Shown here: positions 62,874 through 64,000 of the stretch, piece by piece
How the letters are laid out: each line of letters begins with the position of its first letter
Numbering within the stretch: position 1 is the stretch's first letter
Assembly: GCF_964355755.1 (NCBI RefSeq)
Contig: NC_092672.1
Coordinates: 25,052,337 to 25,116,336, forward strand
Direction of reading: 5' to 3'
Source: Antedon mediterranea
Lineage: Eukaryota > Animalia > Echinodermata
Length of the DNA: 64,000 nucleotides
The notes under the pieces: generated by a model
What the model was told of the DNA's origin: nothing
Seen by the model: only the letters and a program-made list of their open reading frames with translations
Database searches by the model: none
Translations under genes and position numbers: made by a program

Positions 62874-63763
62874 TTATAAAAGATATCTCTGATTATTTGA
62901 TGATAATATGCTATTGTTTTGTTGTGATTGTTCATCATTGCATTCTTGCACATCAGAATCAGCAAACTGGTAAAAATAAATGTTAAATTGTATTAAATTG
63001 TATCAAGAAAAAAAAAATTAGATTAAAAATCATAAACTGAATGTTTATGATGTGAATACGGAGAATATTTCATGAAAATTAACTGATTGACCATTTAATG
63101 AGGCGGAACCAAGCACAGGCAATCTCTCAGTAAATGAAATATACTCTATTCAACATTATTAGTTTTATAACACAGTACATATGATGATGTGTTAATTTAA
63201 CATCATTAAAATAAGTACATGTATATGAGGATGTGTTAGTGATGAAGGAACATACTTCACATTGTAAAGTTTGTTGGTGCAGCGAAGATTGAAAATTGTG
63301 AGTTTTAAGTAAAAGGCCTACCTCATCTGAATTCAATTCATTTAATTGTTCATCTAACTTGCGTTGGTGTAAACGAATTGAATATCCAATCATAGCATAC
63401 TGTATGACATGTGCTGCCTCATGTCGTCTCTTTACATCTTCTCTCACCTTCCAGCCTCTCAAACCTACAACATATCAATTCTAATTAGTGACAATTAGTG
63501 GCTTTGTTTGGTAACAGCATGATGCCTGCAAGATATTTGGCATAACACTATTACAATCAATACCTGCTTGAATGATGACCACAGCTGCCTCTTGTTTACT
63601 TTTGGTTGCCAGGATCTTCCTCCACCATATCTGTATTACACCAGCACTTAAATTGAATTCCTTCAATCTTGCAACTTCAAGTTTATCCAACTAAATGAAA
63701 AATAACGGAATATAATAAATATACAATGATGCAGATTCTTACTTACTTTTTTACACTGACAAG
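62874..63763 (-). CDS. 3' part of an IQ-motif (calmodulin-binding) protein gene, continuing beyond the window
   Basis: Exons 63690-63564, 63464-63322 and 62966-62874 (TAA), plus a possible 17-nt microexon at 63763-63747. Splicing gives AGVIQIWWRK, AAVVIIQAGLRGWKVR and AAHVIQYAMIGYSIR (IQxxxRGxxxR). Confidence 0.8.
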
Positions 63764-64000
63764 CTAAAAACAAAGTATTATAATTTCGTGCTACAACTTT
63801 TTCATAATGTTATAAGATAGGAATTTTACTGATTTTCATTGACTTACACACATTAATGGGTAATAATTTTTAATAAAACGGTATTTTTAAATTGTGTCAA
63901 ATTAATTGTTCTTTTCTTTTTTATATTTATATACTTTTTTTAAAAACAAAAATGCCTCAATTTTACATAATTATTTAGTCAATTTTGGTGAATTTCATAT

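Overview
AT-rich, intron- and transposon-rich animal (invertebrate-type) genomic DNA; no prokaryotic features. The main content is a + strand, 21-exon gene that I assembled by hand (21519-58377; GT-AG sites and intron phases are consistent; 2979 nt = 992 aa + stop; start exon not found). It encodes ankyrin repeats, a Roc GTPase, a COR domain, a microexon-encoded linker and a C-terminal tandem death-fold (DED-like) module, with no kinase, i.e. a Roco protein that looks like an immune or cell-death receptor. The 3' end of a convergent IQ-motif gene lies at 62874-63763 (-). The introns and flanks carry an intact-ORF CR1-group LINE inserted into an older LINE, plus many non-autonomous DNA transposons with recognisable TIRs/TSDs (Tc2/pogo-, Mutator-, Kolobok-, Harbinger-, hAT-, IS3EU-, P- and Helentron/DINE-like). 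They also hold tRNA-derived SINE-like elements, a Penelope-type minimal hammerhead ribozyme, several minisatellites, and a genomic copy of an apparently mature tRNA-Pro (encoded CCA, G at wobble position 34, 5' end at position 10). Most short ORFs in the supplied track are spurious. All family assignments come from motifs read by eye; no searches were run.
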